Source: a virus
Taxonomy: Duplodnaviria; Caudoviricetes
Virus record (IMG/VR): IMGVR_UViG_3300049491_000829
Coordinates: 126-64,125 of that record
Direction: 5' to 3' (one strand)
Length of the DNA: 64,000 nt
A program made the translations under genes and the position numbers. Shown here one piece after another: positions 9,441-20,110 of this stretch. The notes beneath the pieces are model-generated. The model was not told where the DNA came from and searched no databases. It was given only the letters and a program-made list of their open reading frames with translations. Position 1 is the stretch's first letter. Each line of letters begins with the position of its first letter.

Positions 9441-10919
9441 TTACGCGACTCTCCAGATAATTAAATTGTTTTGAGAACCCCCGATAATTTCGCTTGGGTC
9501 ACTATAAGCAGTCGCCCCGTTTGAGTAATAAATGTTTGCGCGAACCTCAATTTGAGTTGCAGCGCTTAACGAACTCAAATAGACTAGCCCATTACCTTGG
9601 AATAATGACGAGACAGTATAAGGCAATCGCTTCTCAGTACGGAAAAATCCTTCAAGTTCGCCTACTGACAATGAAGATAAATAAGCTCTAGCACCTGATT
9701 TTGTTGGCTCTGTTGCTGAATTTGGTTGCAATTGCAGATTTAAATTCACGTAAAAAAGATAATTCCCAGCAGTTGGTACTGTAAAAATACCACCTGACAT
9801 ATTTGCACTACCAAGCAACGTAGAATCCCAAGCCACGCGAACATTGCCTGATGATGAGCCATTGTTACATACGATTTGGTCACTAGTTCTTCTTGTCCAG
9901 ACAATTGGGCGAGGCAATAGCCCGACACCTAGCGCTGCGATCGCGTCTTCTACATATTGAGCGGTAGATATTTCAGTAGCTTTTTCAGCAGTCGCGACAG
10001 GGAAGCTTAAAGCAGCCCTTTTTGATGTTCCAGTCATCACAGCATTGTTTCTAGGGAGTCCGGCTACAATTGTTAGATATCCGCTCAAATCCGGAGGCTG
10101 CACAGATGCGATCGCATCTCTAACATCTCCTCTTGCTGCTGCTTCTGCGCTGCCTTGCCATGTTATTGGGGAGAATCCAACTATTTGCGCTCCTGTCCCT
10201 CCGACTGCACCTTTGCTTGCTATCTGGAACCAGTTTGCATTATTTGTTGCTGGTGGTGTTTGTCCTGTTAGCGATGCAGAATTTACCCAGACGTAAGAAT
10301 TGCCATTGTAATTGATTAAATCCCCATATACGTAAGCTGTAGCTGCGCTATAAGCTCCTTTTGGTGTGAACTTAGAACTAATCCGATCGCGGTAAACTGC
10401 AATTGTAGTCAGCAGTTCCGCGATACGATAAAGACTGATATTTAAATAGGGTTGTTCTGCGGGAATCCCGACTAGAGCAGAAAAATCAATACTTGCAACG
10501 TCGGGTACGACAGCATGAATTTTTGCAGATGCGATCGCAAGATTTTCTGTTCTATCAACTTTGTCAAGCCGTTGCGAATTGGCGACGTGGACGCTACCCG
10601 TGTACCAAAGTCCATCAGTTGCCCATAAATGAGTTGCGCCTTTGTACTCAATACCATCTAAAAAGTAAAAAGTAGAAGTTGTAACTGTTCTAAACTGCTC
10701 AAAATACCAAGTAATCCCCTCTGTCGTTACGTTAGGGGTTCCCGCTAGATTCTGAGACTGAGGTACGTTGATTGTAAATGAACCATTGGCGATCGCTGCC
10801 TCAATAGGTAGCATCACTAATGTTTTTGGATTTGTTGAATTGTCAATAAAAATATGGTCAGGAGTTGCCCTGATGATTCCGTTGACGCTTCCGTTAATTT
10901 TGCCTGTGATTGTAGTCAT
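9441..10919 (-). CDS. Tail fibre protein
   Basis: KGAYSAATAYVYGDLINYNGNSYV module, EISTAQYV motif and C1q-like GIFTVPTAGNYLF. Confidence 0.7.
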   Translation of the reverse strand: MTTITGKINGSVNGIIRATPDHIFIDNSTNPKTLVMLPIEAAIANGSFTINVPQSQNLAGTPNVTTEGITWYFEQFRTVTTSTFYFLDGIEYKGATHLWATDGLWYTGSVHVANSQRLDKVDRTENLAIASAKIHAVVPDVASIDFSALVGIPAEQPYLNISLYRIAELLTTIAVYRDRISSKFTPKGAYSAATAYVYGDLINYNGNSYVWVNSASLTGQTPPATNNANWFQIASKGAVGGTGAQIVGFSPITWQGSAEAAARGDVRDAIASVQPPDLSGYLTIVAGLPRNNAVMTGTSKRAALSFPVATAEKATEISTAQYVEDAIAALGVGLLPRPIVWTRRTSDQIVCNNGSSSGNVRVAWDSTLLGSANMSGGIFTVPTAGNYLFYVNLNLQLQPNSATEPTKSGARAYLSSLSVGELEGFFRTEKRLPYTVSSLFQGNGLVYLSSLSAATQIEVRANIYYSNGATAYSDPSEIIGGSQNNLIIWRVA

Positions 10920-10959
10920 TGTTTTGTAAATTTTTTACTTAGGGAAACTTTTCCCTAAG

Positions 10960-11895
10960 TCAAGGGCGAGCAAAGCGAAGAAATAATGATATCTGAGCTT
11001 GAATAGATGTTGCAGTAGCTCCGTTCTTGGTTGCTTCAAGTCTAAGAAACCAAGAATTACCAGGCAAGAAGATACTAGGATTTTGGGTTATTCTTCTATA
11101 CGTGATTCCTGTAGCTGGTATATTTTGCGTGTTTTCTGGAAAGCTGTACTCTGTTCCTGAAAACGTCCCAGTACCTAGATAATGTCTGAGTTTAAAGCTG
11201 TAGAAGTTAGTGGAATCATGCGCGATCGCGCCTGTGAGAGTGTTTGAAAGTATCCCAAAAGCATGTTCGATTTTAATGCGATTCCCTGTGTTATTGAAAA
11301 ATGGAACAGCTTTGTTTACGCCAGAGCTTGAGCTAAAACTCGACAGAAAATCAAAAAGGATTGTATTGCTTAACCATAGTTGATTTGCTGCGTCCCATCT
11401 CCAAGGCTGGGGATAGATTGCCCCTGGTTCAAACCAAATAAATCCATTATCAGGATTAACAGGCGCAGAAGCATCATAAGCGATCGCACCTTTAATAATT
11501 TCTGCAACTTTCCCTTTACTATTAATTGAAATTTTTGCAGGATTTTCAAAAATTCCAGGTTCGACAATATCTTCATTTCCTGGGAAAACAATCAAGGGTC
11601 GTTCAATCCCCGTGTAATCGTCTTCATCTGGTAAAAATGGAAAAGCTTCTCGCAGGATTTCAACGTAGTCAAGAAGCTCGGAAAGCTTTAATTCCCTTCC
11701 ATTCGCTTCAACAAACTTCATCCCATGAATCAAATCAAAGATTAGCTTTGCACCAACTGCGGCGATCGCAAGGTATTCGACTGCTGCATCTTCATTTGTT
11801 TCAAGTTCGATAAATCTGTAAAAGGCATTCTCCAAATCAATTTGTTTTTCTGTTGCGACGCTTGCATTGACAAGGGAATTAATTAGATTTTTCAT
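10960..11895 (-). CDS. Tail or baseplate-associated protein
   Basis: APVNPDNGFIWFEP fibre-type motif; likely start MKNLINS. Confidence 0.55.
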   Translation of the reverse strand: MKNLINSLVNASVATEKQIDLENAFYRFIELETNEDAAVEYLAIAAVGAKLIFDLIHGMKFVEANGRELKLSELLDYVEILREAFPFLPDEDDYTGIERPLIVFPGNEDIVEPGIFENPAKISINSKGKVAEIIKGAIAYDASAPVNPDNGFIWFEPGAIYPQPWRWDAANQLWLSNTILFDFLSSFSSSSGVNKAVPFFNNTGNRIKIEHAFGILSNTLTGAIAHDSTNFYSFKLRHYLGTGTFSGTEYSFPENTQNIPATGITYRRITQNPSIFLPGNSWFLRLEATKNGATATSIQAQISLFLRFARP

Positions 11896-12073
11896 TTTTA
11901 ACAACAGGTGCTTTTTTAAATATTGACTCCCCCGTTTGAAACAACAAGTATCTATTAGCAGCTTTGACATCATGTTGAGCAATACTTAAGCATTGCTTTT
12001 TAATCCCAGAATGCTTAGAAGCAAGATGTACTAATAGTTTTTCAATTTCCGATTGAGTCGCTGGTCTACACAT
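11879..12073 (-). CDS. Small hypothetical protein
   Basis: 64-aa ORF filling the gap in the operon. Confidence 0.45.
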   Translation of the reverse strand: MCRPATQSEIEKLLVHLASKHSGIKKQCLSIAQHDVKAANRYLLFQTGESIFKKAPVVKNEKSN

Positions 12074-12077
12074 ATCT

Positions 12078-13208
12078 TTAGTAGTTGTAAGTTATTTGTC
12101 CAATACTGCGATCGCTGAATGTCAAAGTAATCGTAAGCGTGTCAAGTTTGCCAACTGTCCAAAGATTGGGCATAGTCGCAGGCATAGCAAACTGATTCAA
12201 CTCAATATTGATAATTCCTGGAAGGACACCAGGGATTGACTGTATTCTTGCTTCAATTGCTTTGTTGTATATTGAATCCCCAGGCGGTAAATTACCAGGC
12301 TTTAAGTAATTTCTGATGTTCTCTGCGATCGCGCTTGCAATTGATTCAGGGAGTACAGATGTATTAACTCCGACAACGACATTGACGTTGACAACAAAAT
12401 TCTGAATTGACCAGACGTTGATTGTTGCCATTGCAGAAACAGAATTAAGCTCGTTTGTCAGCGCAGATATTTGAGCATTGCTAAGTGTTGAGCCATCTGC
12501 GTTAAGTCCGAATACGCCTACGTAGCCATTTGCAAATGTTGCTTGATCAGCCTTCATTCGTCCAAGCGCGATCGCTGTCGATCCAATTCCTAAAAAGTTT
12601 ATTGTTGCTCGGACAAAATCATCTTCACTAATTAGAGTATCTCGACTTCGCAACAATCCGTAAACTCTCTGTTGGAAATCTGCGTCTGATTCTTCGTTTC
12701 GTCCTCCTGTTACTGCATCAGTCAAAGTTATTGTTCCTAGCTTTCGCAAACTGGGGAATGACACTGCTGTTGCAGACGAGGCATTCCCGCGATCGCCTTC
12801 TACTGTGCAAATGATGTTGACTTCTGCATAGTCCGTATAAGATGAGATCGCAAGGGGTTCAACAGTTTCATAAATCAATCCGTTGATTGAAATATTGAAT
12901 CCCTCTGGCAATACGAAGGATTCTCCATATAATCCATCCAGCCTTACTCCTATTCTGCCTATTGCTTTTGCACCTGTTTGCTTTTCCAATCCAAATAAAG
13001 CAATTCTGTTTTTTTCCAGAGTCGTAGCTAATCCGTTGACTGCGGACAAAACAGTCTCGCCTTGTTTTGCTGTTGCTTCCAAAATTGCAACAACTGGAGA
13101 TGCAGGAGAAAAATCATTTAATCTACCTGCGCTAACTGCGATCGCTCTTTCTTTGCCAATGTTTAATAAATCCTGAACTGTCTTTTTATCAATAGCTGGT
13201 GTGTCCAT
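12078..13208 (-). CDS. Baseplate J/gp47-like wedge protein
   Basis: C.VEG.RGN, TGGRNEESDADFQQR, IQSIPGV motifs. Confidence 0.9.
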   Translation of the reverse strand: MDTPAIDKKTVQDLLNIGKERAIAVSAGRLNDFSPASPVVAILEATAKQGETVLSAVNGLATTLEKNRIALFGLEKQTGAKAIGRIGVRLDGLYGESFVLPEGFNISINGLIYETVEPLAISSYTDYAEVNIICTVEGDRGNASSATAVSFPSLRKLGTITLTDAVTGGRNEESDADFQQRVYGLLRSRDTLISEDDFVRATINFLGIGSTAIALGRMKADQATFANGYVGVFGLNADGSTLSNAQISALTNELNSVSAMATINVWSIQNFVVNVNVVVGVNTSVLPESIASAIAENIRNYLKPGNLPPGDSIYNKAIEARIQSIPGVLPGIINIELNQFAMPATMPNLWTVGKLDTLTITLTFSDRSIGQITYNY

Positions 13209-13251
13209 TTCCTCTCACTTTGACTTAGGGAAACTTTTCCCTAAGTGCTTT

Positions 13252-15540
13252 TTAAGTTGGTTGTTTACCTGCGATCGCCCAATACACAAACCCTGCTTGG
13301 GGTGGAATCGCTGTCCTGTCGAGCTTTCGTTGAGCAAAATGTAAATGCGGTCCCGTTGACGCTCCTGTATTCCCAGAGCGAGCAATAACATCTCCTGCTT
13401 TTGCTTTCCCTGAGAATCCAGAGGATAAATGCATATATTGCCAAATAAAACCCCCGTAGGTAAATTCTACTATGTTCCCGCCTGCCCCGGAGTTTGGGAC
13501 GTATTTTACATCGACTGTTTCGCCTGGTTTGACGATTGGATAAAGTGGAGTACCGACAGGCATTGGTACATCTGTACCTTGGTGATTTGTTGAACCAATG
13601 CCACCGGGAGAGGCGCGGGGTCCAAAAGGAGAGGAAACTGTATAGCCTGCTATTTTGTCGCCCCGTTTAGGTGACGCTTGGAGGTTCGCGGGTACAAATA
13701 AAGTAGAACCAACGGAGGGAGCGCTACCAGTTGCGGCAGGTGTTGCTACTTGTTTTGCTTTGATTTTGACTGGTAAATAAAGATTGATGCTTGTCGCGAT
13801 CGCATTGTCGTTATAGCTGTGGGAGACTTCGCTGATTCTGTAAGCTTGCGCGATCGCGTTTCCTAGATTTACGTCATCATCTAGTTTCAGTATTTGTCCG
13901 GGTTGTGCGAGTAATATCTCAGGCATCATCATAGTGTTGATGCTGATTGAGGATTCAAATCCTTTTCCGATTTCATCGCCTGGTTTTAACTTTAAATCTA
14001 AAATACCAGATGGATTAGTCGGAGTTGGAACAACAAAAGGAGGCTTAATTGAGTCTGGAGATTTACTTGCAAGCACTCGATCGGAAGAAGCGCGATCGCC
14101 CCATGTTGCGCCGGGTCTTAGTGCGATCGCTTTTACAATAATTGTTTTGTCATCGGGTTTTAGCTCTTTGATATTGAGCTTGGTTGCTTCTCCACGAATA
14201 AATAATCCCTGGGATTTTGCAACTTTGAGCAAATACTCATAATCTGATTCAGATTGCAAACTACTTGCAATAATATTATTTGCTGCGGGTCCGAATTCTC
14301 CCAAGTCGCCACCTGTTTTTTTGACAAACTCTTGCGCGATTTGACGCACAGTTGTATTTTGACGGATTTTGTAAATTTTTGAGTTAGCTGATAATTTTGC
14401 ACTTTTCGCAATCGCGTAAGTAATTTGCTTTCCCATTATCCGCGTAGTGTTTGGGTAATCGTTACTGCCTCTGACATCAGTAAGCAAAAATTGGTAAGTC
14501 CCACTTTCGGAAGCTTTGTCATAGAATCCAAGTTCAATATTAATTATTATCCCCTCCTTCACATCAACAGTAGGCGCGATCGCTGTGGGAGTAGTAGCAG
14601 GGGCAATTGTTGGAGTAGTGGTTGGAGTAGCAGTTGTGGGAGTAGCAGGACTTGTCGCAGAAGTTGCTGCTGGGGTTTTTGATGCGCTTTGAATAAACTT
14701 TTGAATGTTTGCAAGAAAAGTAGTACGTTTGCCCCCTGGTGTTCCTTGTCCGTATGGATTGCCTTGAATTGATGCCCATTCGTATCTAGCGCCTAGTCCT
14801 TTGCCTTTACCGTCGATTGCAGCTTCAAAGCGTCCGGCAATTACATCATCAAGTATTTGTCGATAAATCATTCGTCCGACTGCAAGTATCTCTTGTGAAA
14901 CTGGCTTAAAGTCAACTAGTCCTAATTTCCGATATCCATAAGCATCATCTTCCCAGACAAAATCCATCGTTTGGTAACGTCCAGTTGCACTGCTTGTAAA
15001 TCTTCCTGATGAGATTCTGCGCTTGGGATGGGAGCTTAACGAGCAAGGGCTAAACGTTTCTTTGCCTCCTGTATCACCAAATAAATATCCGTATCCTCCT
15101 TTTGCTTCTGCGTCTTCGCCTAGTTCCGCGATCGCAATTGCTTTTAAAAAAGCTTGGACGTTTACACTTTTTAAAGCTTCCAAGCATCTTTTACCAGTAG
15201 AAGTTAGCTTTGATAAATCGGAACCGCAGCCAAAGCGTTTTTCAATATTTTTTAAATAGTCAACGCCTAGCAATGTTGCACCTGATGCTGTGCTGGATGT
15301 TGCTTCAGACTGGGGATTTTCCAGTAAATTTGCAGGTATCATAATACCTCCTTTTGATTGGAATTCTGTAAGCAATAAATTCAATACTTTTAATCCAGGG
15401 TCATAAAACGAGAAAGAGCAACTAGACGATCGCTCTTGTTCTGCAATGCTTACATTGCATTGCTGCAAATAACCATCACCTGTTTCGTAGAAAAATTTAT
15501 CAGCTATTTGAATTTTGCAAAAAGGCGATCGCAGAAACAT
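13252..15540 (-). CDS. Baseplate hub (gpD/gp27-like) fused to a lambda-R-like lysozyme and an M23 peptidase
   Basis: AFLKAIAIAE...SSATGRYQ...EWASI (lysozyme); QSESDYEYLLKVAK (hub); HQGTD...YMHLS...GNTGASTGPHLHF (M23). Confidence 0.82.
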   Translation of the reverse strand: MFLRSPFCKIQIADKFFYETGDGYLQQCNVSIAEQERSSSCSFSFYDPGLKVLNLLLTEFQSKGGIMIPANLLENPQSEATSSTASGATLLGVDYLKNIEKRFGCGSDLSKLTSTGKRCLEALKSVNVQAFLKAIAIAELGEDAEAKGGYGYLFGDTGGKETFSPCSLSSHPKRRISSGRFTSSATGRYQTMDFVWEDDAYGYRKLGLVDFKPVSQEILAVGRMIYRQILDDVIAGRFEAAIDGKGKGLGARYEWASIQGNPYGQGTPGGKRTTFLANIQKFIQSASKTPAATSATSPATPTTATPTTTPTIAPATTPTAIAPTVDVKEGIIINIELGFYDKASESGTYQFLLTDVRGSNDYPNTTRIMGKQITYAIAKSAKLSANSKIYKIRQNTTVRQIAQEFVKKTGGDLGEFGPAANNIIASSLQSESDYEYLLKVAKSQGLFIRGEATKLNIKELKPDDKTIIVKAIALRPGATWGDRASSDRVLASKSPDSIKPPFVVPTPTNPSGILDLKLKPGDEIGKGFESSISINTMMMPEILLAQPGQILKLDDDVNLGNAIAQAYRISEVSHSYNDNAIATSINLYLPVKIKAKQVATPAATGSAPSVGSTLFVPANLQASPKRGDKIAGYTVSSPFGPRASPGGIGSTNHQGTDVPMPVGTPLYPIVKPGETVDVKYVPNSGAGGNIVEFTYGGFIWQYMHLSSGFSGKAKAGDVIARSGNTGASTGPHLHFAQRKLDRTAIPPQAGFVYWAIAGKQPT

Positions 15541-15599
15541 AAACTTTTCACACTCAAGTTTTTATATAATAAATCAAACACTTCAAGGTAAACACTGAA

Positions 15600-16463
15600 A
15601 TGGGCACAATTAGAGCAGCAAAAACAACATTAATCAAAGCAAAAAATGTTGCTGGCGATTTATTGGAAAAATCACAATTACTAACAGTCAAAGAAGGACA
15701 AGTTTTAGCTGTTCAAAAAGTCACGGACGACAAAAATCAACATGCAAAAATAATGTTAGCTTCCCCCGCGATCGCAGATGACGGAACTAGTAGTTTACAA
15801 GAAGTCTACGGATACGAACCACATTGGATTATTCCTCCTGAGATGATGCCCAGAGAAATAAAGCTAGCTGCAAAATATCGCAGTCAATTAGACAACTTCA
15901 CAGGCGATCATGGAACCCCGTATAGACAATGTGCTTTGACTTCAAGAGCGATCGCACTAGACTGGGCGTTAAAACGATTTGGACAAGAAGGTCTAGATGC
16001 TCGTGCAGCAAAAGAAGGATTCAGAGAAGGCGAAGGCTGGTACGGCAGAGTTCTCAAAGAATACGGCGACACGACAATACACGAATTTCATACAAAAGCA
16101 TTTAAAGAATTTGCTGTAGAATCTTACTTCACAATGACAGCTTCATTATCAGACTTGATTGAAGCGCTTGAATGTCAAATGTGTGTCCCTATCTCAGTTA
16201 GCTACAAATCAAGCGGTCACGTCATTTGTGTAGTTGGCTACAATCCAGAACAAAAGTTTTTCTGGATTCACGATCCTTATGGATGTCGAGCAGGCAGCGC
16301 TGACTACTATTCAGTCAGAGGAGGTAACGCAGGTGCATTTGATAAATACTCGTTGGACGTAATGCGCGACATCTGGGGCGATCGCGGCAACAAAGATTCG
16401 GGCTGGGCGCATTTTATCACTTCAGTTGCGAATCAACCAACAGGAGTAAAATCGGGAATGTAA
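15600..16463 (+). CDS. C39-like cysteine peptidase, probable endolysin
   Basis: RQCALTS, GHVICVVGY, IHDPYG. Confidence 0.78.
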   Translation: MGTIRAAKTTLIKAKNVAGDLLEKSQLLTVKEGQVLAVQKVTDDKNQHAKIMLASPAIADDGTSSLQEVYGYEPHWIIPPEMMPREIKLAAKYRSQLDNFTGDHGTPYRQCALTSRAIALDWALKRFGQEGLDARAAKEGFREGEGWYGRVLKEYGDTTIHEFHTKAFKEFAVESYFTMTASLSDLIEALECQMCVPISVSYKSSGHVICVVGYNPEQKFFWIHDPYGCRAGSADYYSVRGGNAGAFDKYSLDVMRDIWGDRGNKDSGWAHFITSVANQPTGVKSGM

Positions 16464-16525
16464 TTCAAACTCACTTAGGGAAAAGTTTCCCTAAGTGAAA
16501 AATCAAAATAACTTGGAATTTTAAA

Positions 16526-16987
16526 ATGGTGACAAATCTTTTTCTAGAATTAGCTGTAATTGATTGGGAAAGCGAGGTTATTGACTACGAAGATTTGCAA
16601 AATATTACTTCCCAAATGTATCCAGGGCGATCGCATGAGGAGAGAGCAAAGCTGATTCGTTCTAGCTACGGACGTTTGTATAAAATCTGGCGTTTTTTGT
16701 ACAAACTTTCTCCGAACATAAGTATTATTGAGTGCATACTGACAAAACTTGTTGGTAGAAGCATCACCGTGGGTCCCGTGACTATCTATGGTTGCAATGC
16801 AATGATGTGGTACTGGGAAATTTACGGTAGTTACAAAGGCGATCGCGGGTACTGGCTATTTCGTCCGCCATGCTTCAAAATCTTTGGACACAGGGGTTTC
16901 ACTTTGGGTAGATTGTACTGGAGTCCAGACGGTACACCAGGGCATGGAAAAGCAAAAAATTTTTATGGGAAGGAGTCAGGGTATTGA
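16526..16987 (+). CDS. Hypothetical protein
   Basis: 153-aa ORF. Confidence 0.55.
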   Translation: MVTNLFLELAVIDWESEVIDYEDLQNITSQMYPGRSHEERAKLIRSSYGRLYKIWRFLYKLSPNISIIECILTKLVGRSITVGPVTIYGCNAMMWYWEIYGSYKGDRGYWLFRPPCFKIFGHRGFTLGRLYWSPDGTPGHGKAKNFYGKESGY

Positions 16988-18459
16988 AAGACGTAGATTT
17001 GATTATAAAGAACAAAGGATATCTAACAGGCGATACTTTTTTTGACACCTTTATCGGACCCAAGCTTGAGGAAAGCGACGAAAGTAATCGAAGAATTATG
17101 GATCGAGTTCGTCGGGTTTTCCAATGTGCAAACAAAATTAGCGAAGTCGTAAGAAGACATCGCAACGCTTTAATTGGTACACCACCTTCTTACAATTTTG
17201 GCAATACCTCAGACGCGCAAGCACAAGCGATCGCAGAACAACTAAAATCTTTGATGAAAGAATGGCAACGCTTGAATCTTTTCCAAGATGGGGCGCAGTC
17301 AAATCCTGTAAATAAAGCAATTGACGATTGCTTGACGACTGGATATGGATATTTAAGATTGTGGAGTCCGTTAAAGTATGTGCGATCGCAGAATCCGTTT
17401 AAACAAGTCGCGATGCATTCGCCCGATCCTTTGAGCGTTGAGATTAAACGAGATGCTGACGGATTTAGCAAGCAAATCCGTTACGCTTACTACGACGAAG
17501 ATGGAAAGCGCTTTTTTGAGGTGCAAGAAATAAGTGCCGAAACGGACTTTACGACAATATGGACAGAAGACGAAAAGCGCGATCGCGTCAAAATGGTAGA
17601 CGCGCTGACAGGGCTAGAGTACGACGAAATTAATTTAAATCTTGGAGGTAGATATACAATTCACGAATTCAGGCGATCGCCTTTGATCACAGACACAATA
17701 CGCAGGGCACAAGATGCAATTAATTATGCGTTGACGCTAGTTCCATCACTCAACGAGTACTCAGGATTTCTACTGCACTTGATTCTTAACGGACAACCAC
17801 CTGGAGAATGGCAAAAAGATGCAGCAACAGGTAAAGACAAGTTTGTCCCTGATGCTGCTGTAAAAATGTCGCCAGGGTCTATTAACTATATACAGGGTGT
17901 TCCTTTGTACAAGGAAGATAGCGAAAATCCAACAGGCTATACAAATCCTCAAGTTGACACGACACAGCCAGCGACGATCGCGCATCTATTCGAGACGTAC
18001 AAACTGTTCTCCTCAGTAATATATGAGTCAGTCGGTCAAGGGCACATCTTAAATAGTGACATGCAAATTTCAGGATTGAGCAGACAGCAACAGCGAAGCG
18101 ACTTTAAAATTGCATTACTTGAAGATGCAACAACTATTGAGCTAGTTCTTAGCGATGCATACATGGCAGCGTTGTTAATGCTCAATCGCGATCGCCCTCA
18201 AGATTATTTAGATATTAATTTAGATATCGATCTAAAAATCCACACTGGGGAAATGTTACCAGAGGATAGAAATACTGTAAGAAATGATTACACTGCTGGG
18301 TTACTTTCAAGACAAACCGCGATCGCATCTCAGGGACATGTCGAAGATACTGCGACTGAAATCGAAACAATCGAATCAGAACTTGAAACGTATAAAGACT
18401 CGCTAACTCCAAGAACTAATAAAGCCACATCGATAAGTAACGAATCTAACAAAATTTAG
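16984..18459 (+). CDS. Portal protein (SPP1 gp6-like)
   Basis: 491 aa, N.ISEVV.RHRNALIG, GYGYLRLW, SGLSRQQ, GLLSRQTAI; next to terminase. Confidence 0.72.
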   Translation: MKDVDLIIKNKGYLTGDTFFDTFIGPKLEESDESNRRIMDRVRRVFQCANKISEVVRRHRNALIGTPPSYNFGNTSDAQAQAIAEQLKSLMKEWQRLNLFQDGAQSNPVNKAIDDCLTTGYGYLRLWSPLKYVRSQNPFKQVAMHSPDPLSVEIKRDADGFSKQIRYAYYDEDGKRFFEVQEISAETDFTTIWTEDEKRDRVKMVDALTGLEYDEINLNLGGRYTIHEFRRSPLITDTIRRAQDAINYALTLVPSLNEYSGFLLHLILNGQPPGEWQKDAATGKDKFVPDAAVKMSPGSINYIQGVPLYKEDSENPTGYTNPQVDTTQPATIAHLFETYKLFSSVIYESVGQGHILNSDMQISGLSRQQQRSDFKIALLEDATTIELVLSDAYMAALLMLNRDRPQDYLDINLDIDLKIHTGEMLPEDRNTVRNDYTAGLLSRQTAIASQGHVEDTATEIETIESELETYKDSLTPRTNKATSISNESNKI

Positions 18460-18463
18460 GCAC

Positions 18464-18494
18464 AAAAAAATGCAGTAGCACTAACTGCATTTTG
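18464..18494. terminator. Probable bidirectional terminator between convergent portal and terminase genes
   Basis: AAAATGCAGT-loop-ACTGCATTTT hairpin. Confidence 0.6.
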
Positions 18495-18571
18495 TTAAGC
18501 AAAAGGGCATCTATCCAAGCTATAAGCATAGTAAAATTATACTATGCAATCGCACTTAGGGAAAAGTTTCC

Positions 18572-20110
18572 CTAACCACCGATACTAAAACTAGTCGCAG
18601 GTAATCTCTTCGCACTGCGATTTTTCTTTGCATAATACAAAATCAATTGTCCAGCGCTGTCAACTTGGTCATCAGTCGATCCATTGGGGAAAGTTATAAA
18701 TTCCGTTTCAACATCATCTGCAATACTATTATCTGGCAACCAGATATTGCCAGACTCAAAATAAGGCGCGATCGCCCTTGCTCTAATTTCTTTATCATCT
18801 TTGGGAGATATTGCAACTATTCCTGAAAACACTTCTTTCAAATCCTCAATAATGTCTGCACCTGATGCTTTTTTTTCTATCAATTTTCGACTGATAAAGC
18901 CCAGATACGAATACTCTTCAACCATATCTCGAATCATTTGTTTTGTCTCAGAAAAGCCGCAGCGCTTGCGTTTTTGATGAATCAAGTAAAAATTAGGATA
19001 TGCGATCGCCCATAGTTGCACAACGACATAAGACGCGGTTTTACTTGTGGAGCCAAACGACGGATCGACTGATATTGCTAATTCATATTTACCAGGCAGA
19101 TTCTGCCATTTTTGCCATTTTGCTAGTGAGAAAATACCCCCTTCCAATGGTGCAGGTTCCTGATCGTGCCTGCCAGAGTACATATACGCACCTAGCTTTT
19201 GTCTGGCTGAGTCGTCTTCTTCCTTCCCAAATCTATCAGGATGTAAATAGGGTCCAAGCATCTCTTTTATCTCGTTCCCGTCTTTGTCTCGGAAAATTGC
19301 ACTTTCTGGCGATCGCTCTATTGTTCTACCACTACGAGGAAATACAATTGTTTCTGTTTTCTCACAGCGCGTTGGTAGTTTGATTAATTTCCACTTTGGA
19401 GCGTCAGGACTTGATAGCTCATAACCTGAGATGTCGTCTTGGTGGGTGCGCTGCTGCACTATAATAATTGCTGTCGTTTTAGGATCGTTCTGTCGGGTTG
19501 TGCTGTAATCCTTCCACTTTTTCTTGCAGCCTTCGCGAATTACGTCTGACTCTACTTTCTCCGGATTGTTTAAGTCATCACCAATAATTCTTAATGCGCC
19601 AACCCCCGTGACGCTTCCATCTGCACCACGGGCGTACATCAAGCCTTGGGAATTATTACTAAATTCCTTAACTCGATTGCGATCGTCGCTCAATATGCAT
19701 TGCTTCTGCGACAACTGCTGATACCATGCGGAACCAACTACTTGTCTACGCTTGTAACTGTGTTCTTGTGCCAAGTCGCTGGAGTAGGACATACAAAGAT
19801 ACGACATACTAGGCGATCGCAACCATTCCCATGCAGGGAAAAACACGCTCACTATCAAAGACTTGAGCGATCGCGGCATGACGTTAATAATTAATCTCTT
19901 ATTCCTTCCTTCTGCGATTTCCTCCAATTCTTCGCAAATCAATTCGTGATGCCAATTCCACTTCAACGGCGTAGCTGGCTCCAAGATTCTCCAAGCTTCA
20001 AAACAAAACTCTATCAGCGATCGCTTGCAAAGTTCATTCCGCAAATCTAGCTCTTTCTCAATCTCTTTTTGTCTCTCATTGGCATCGCGAATCGTTGCTA
20101 CTGTTACCAT
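18572..20110 (-). CDS. terL: Terminase large subunit
   Basis: RLIINVMPRSLKS, IIGDDL, QQRTHQDD, SVDPS, IEKKASG, FPNGSTDDQVDS. Confidence 0.95.
   Translation of the reverse strand: MVTVATIRDANERQKEIEKELDLRNELCKRSLIEFCFEAWRILEPATPLKWNWHHELICEELEEIAEGRNKRLIINVMPRSLKSLIVSVFFPAWEWLRSPSMSYLCMSYSSDLAQEHSYKRRQVVGSAWYQQLSQKQCILSDDRNRVKEFSNNSQGLMYARGADGSVTGVGALRIIGDDLNNPEKVESDVIREGCKKKWKDYSTTRQNDPKTTAIIIVQQRTHQDDISGYELSSPDAPKWKLIKLPTRCEKTETIVFPRSGRTIERSPESAIFRDKDGNEIKEMLGPYLHPDRFGKEEDDSARQKLGAYMYSGRHDQEPAPLEGGIFSLAKWQKWQNLPGKYELAISVDPSFGSTSKTASYVVVQLWAIAYPNFYLIHQKRKRCGFSETKQMIRDMVEEYSYLGFISRKLIEKKASGADIIEDLKEVFSGIVAISPKDDKEIRARAIAPYFESGNIWLPDNSIADDVETEFITFPNGSTDDQVDSAGQLILYYAKKNRSAKRLPATSFSIGG

Noticed and set aside
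8553-10919. Diversity-generating retroelement or invertible tail-fibre cassette
   Set aside because: No reverse transcriptase, invertase or template/variable repeat pair was seen.
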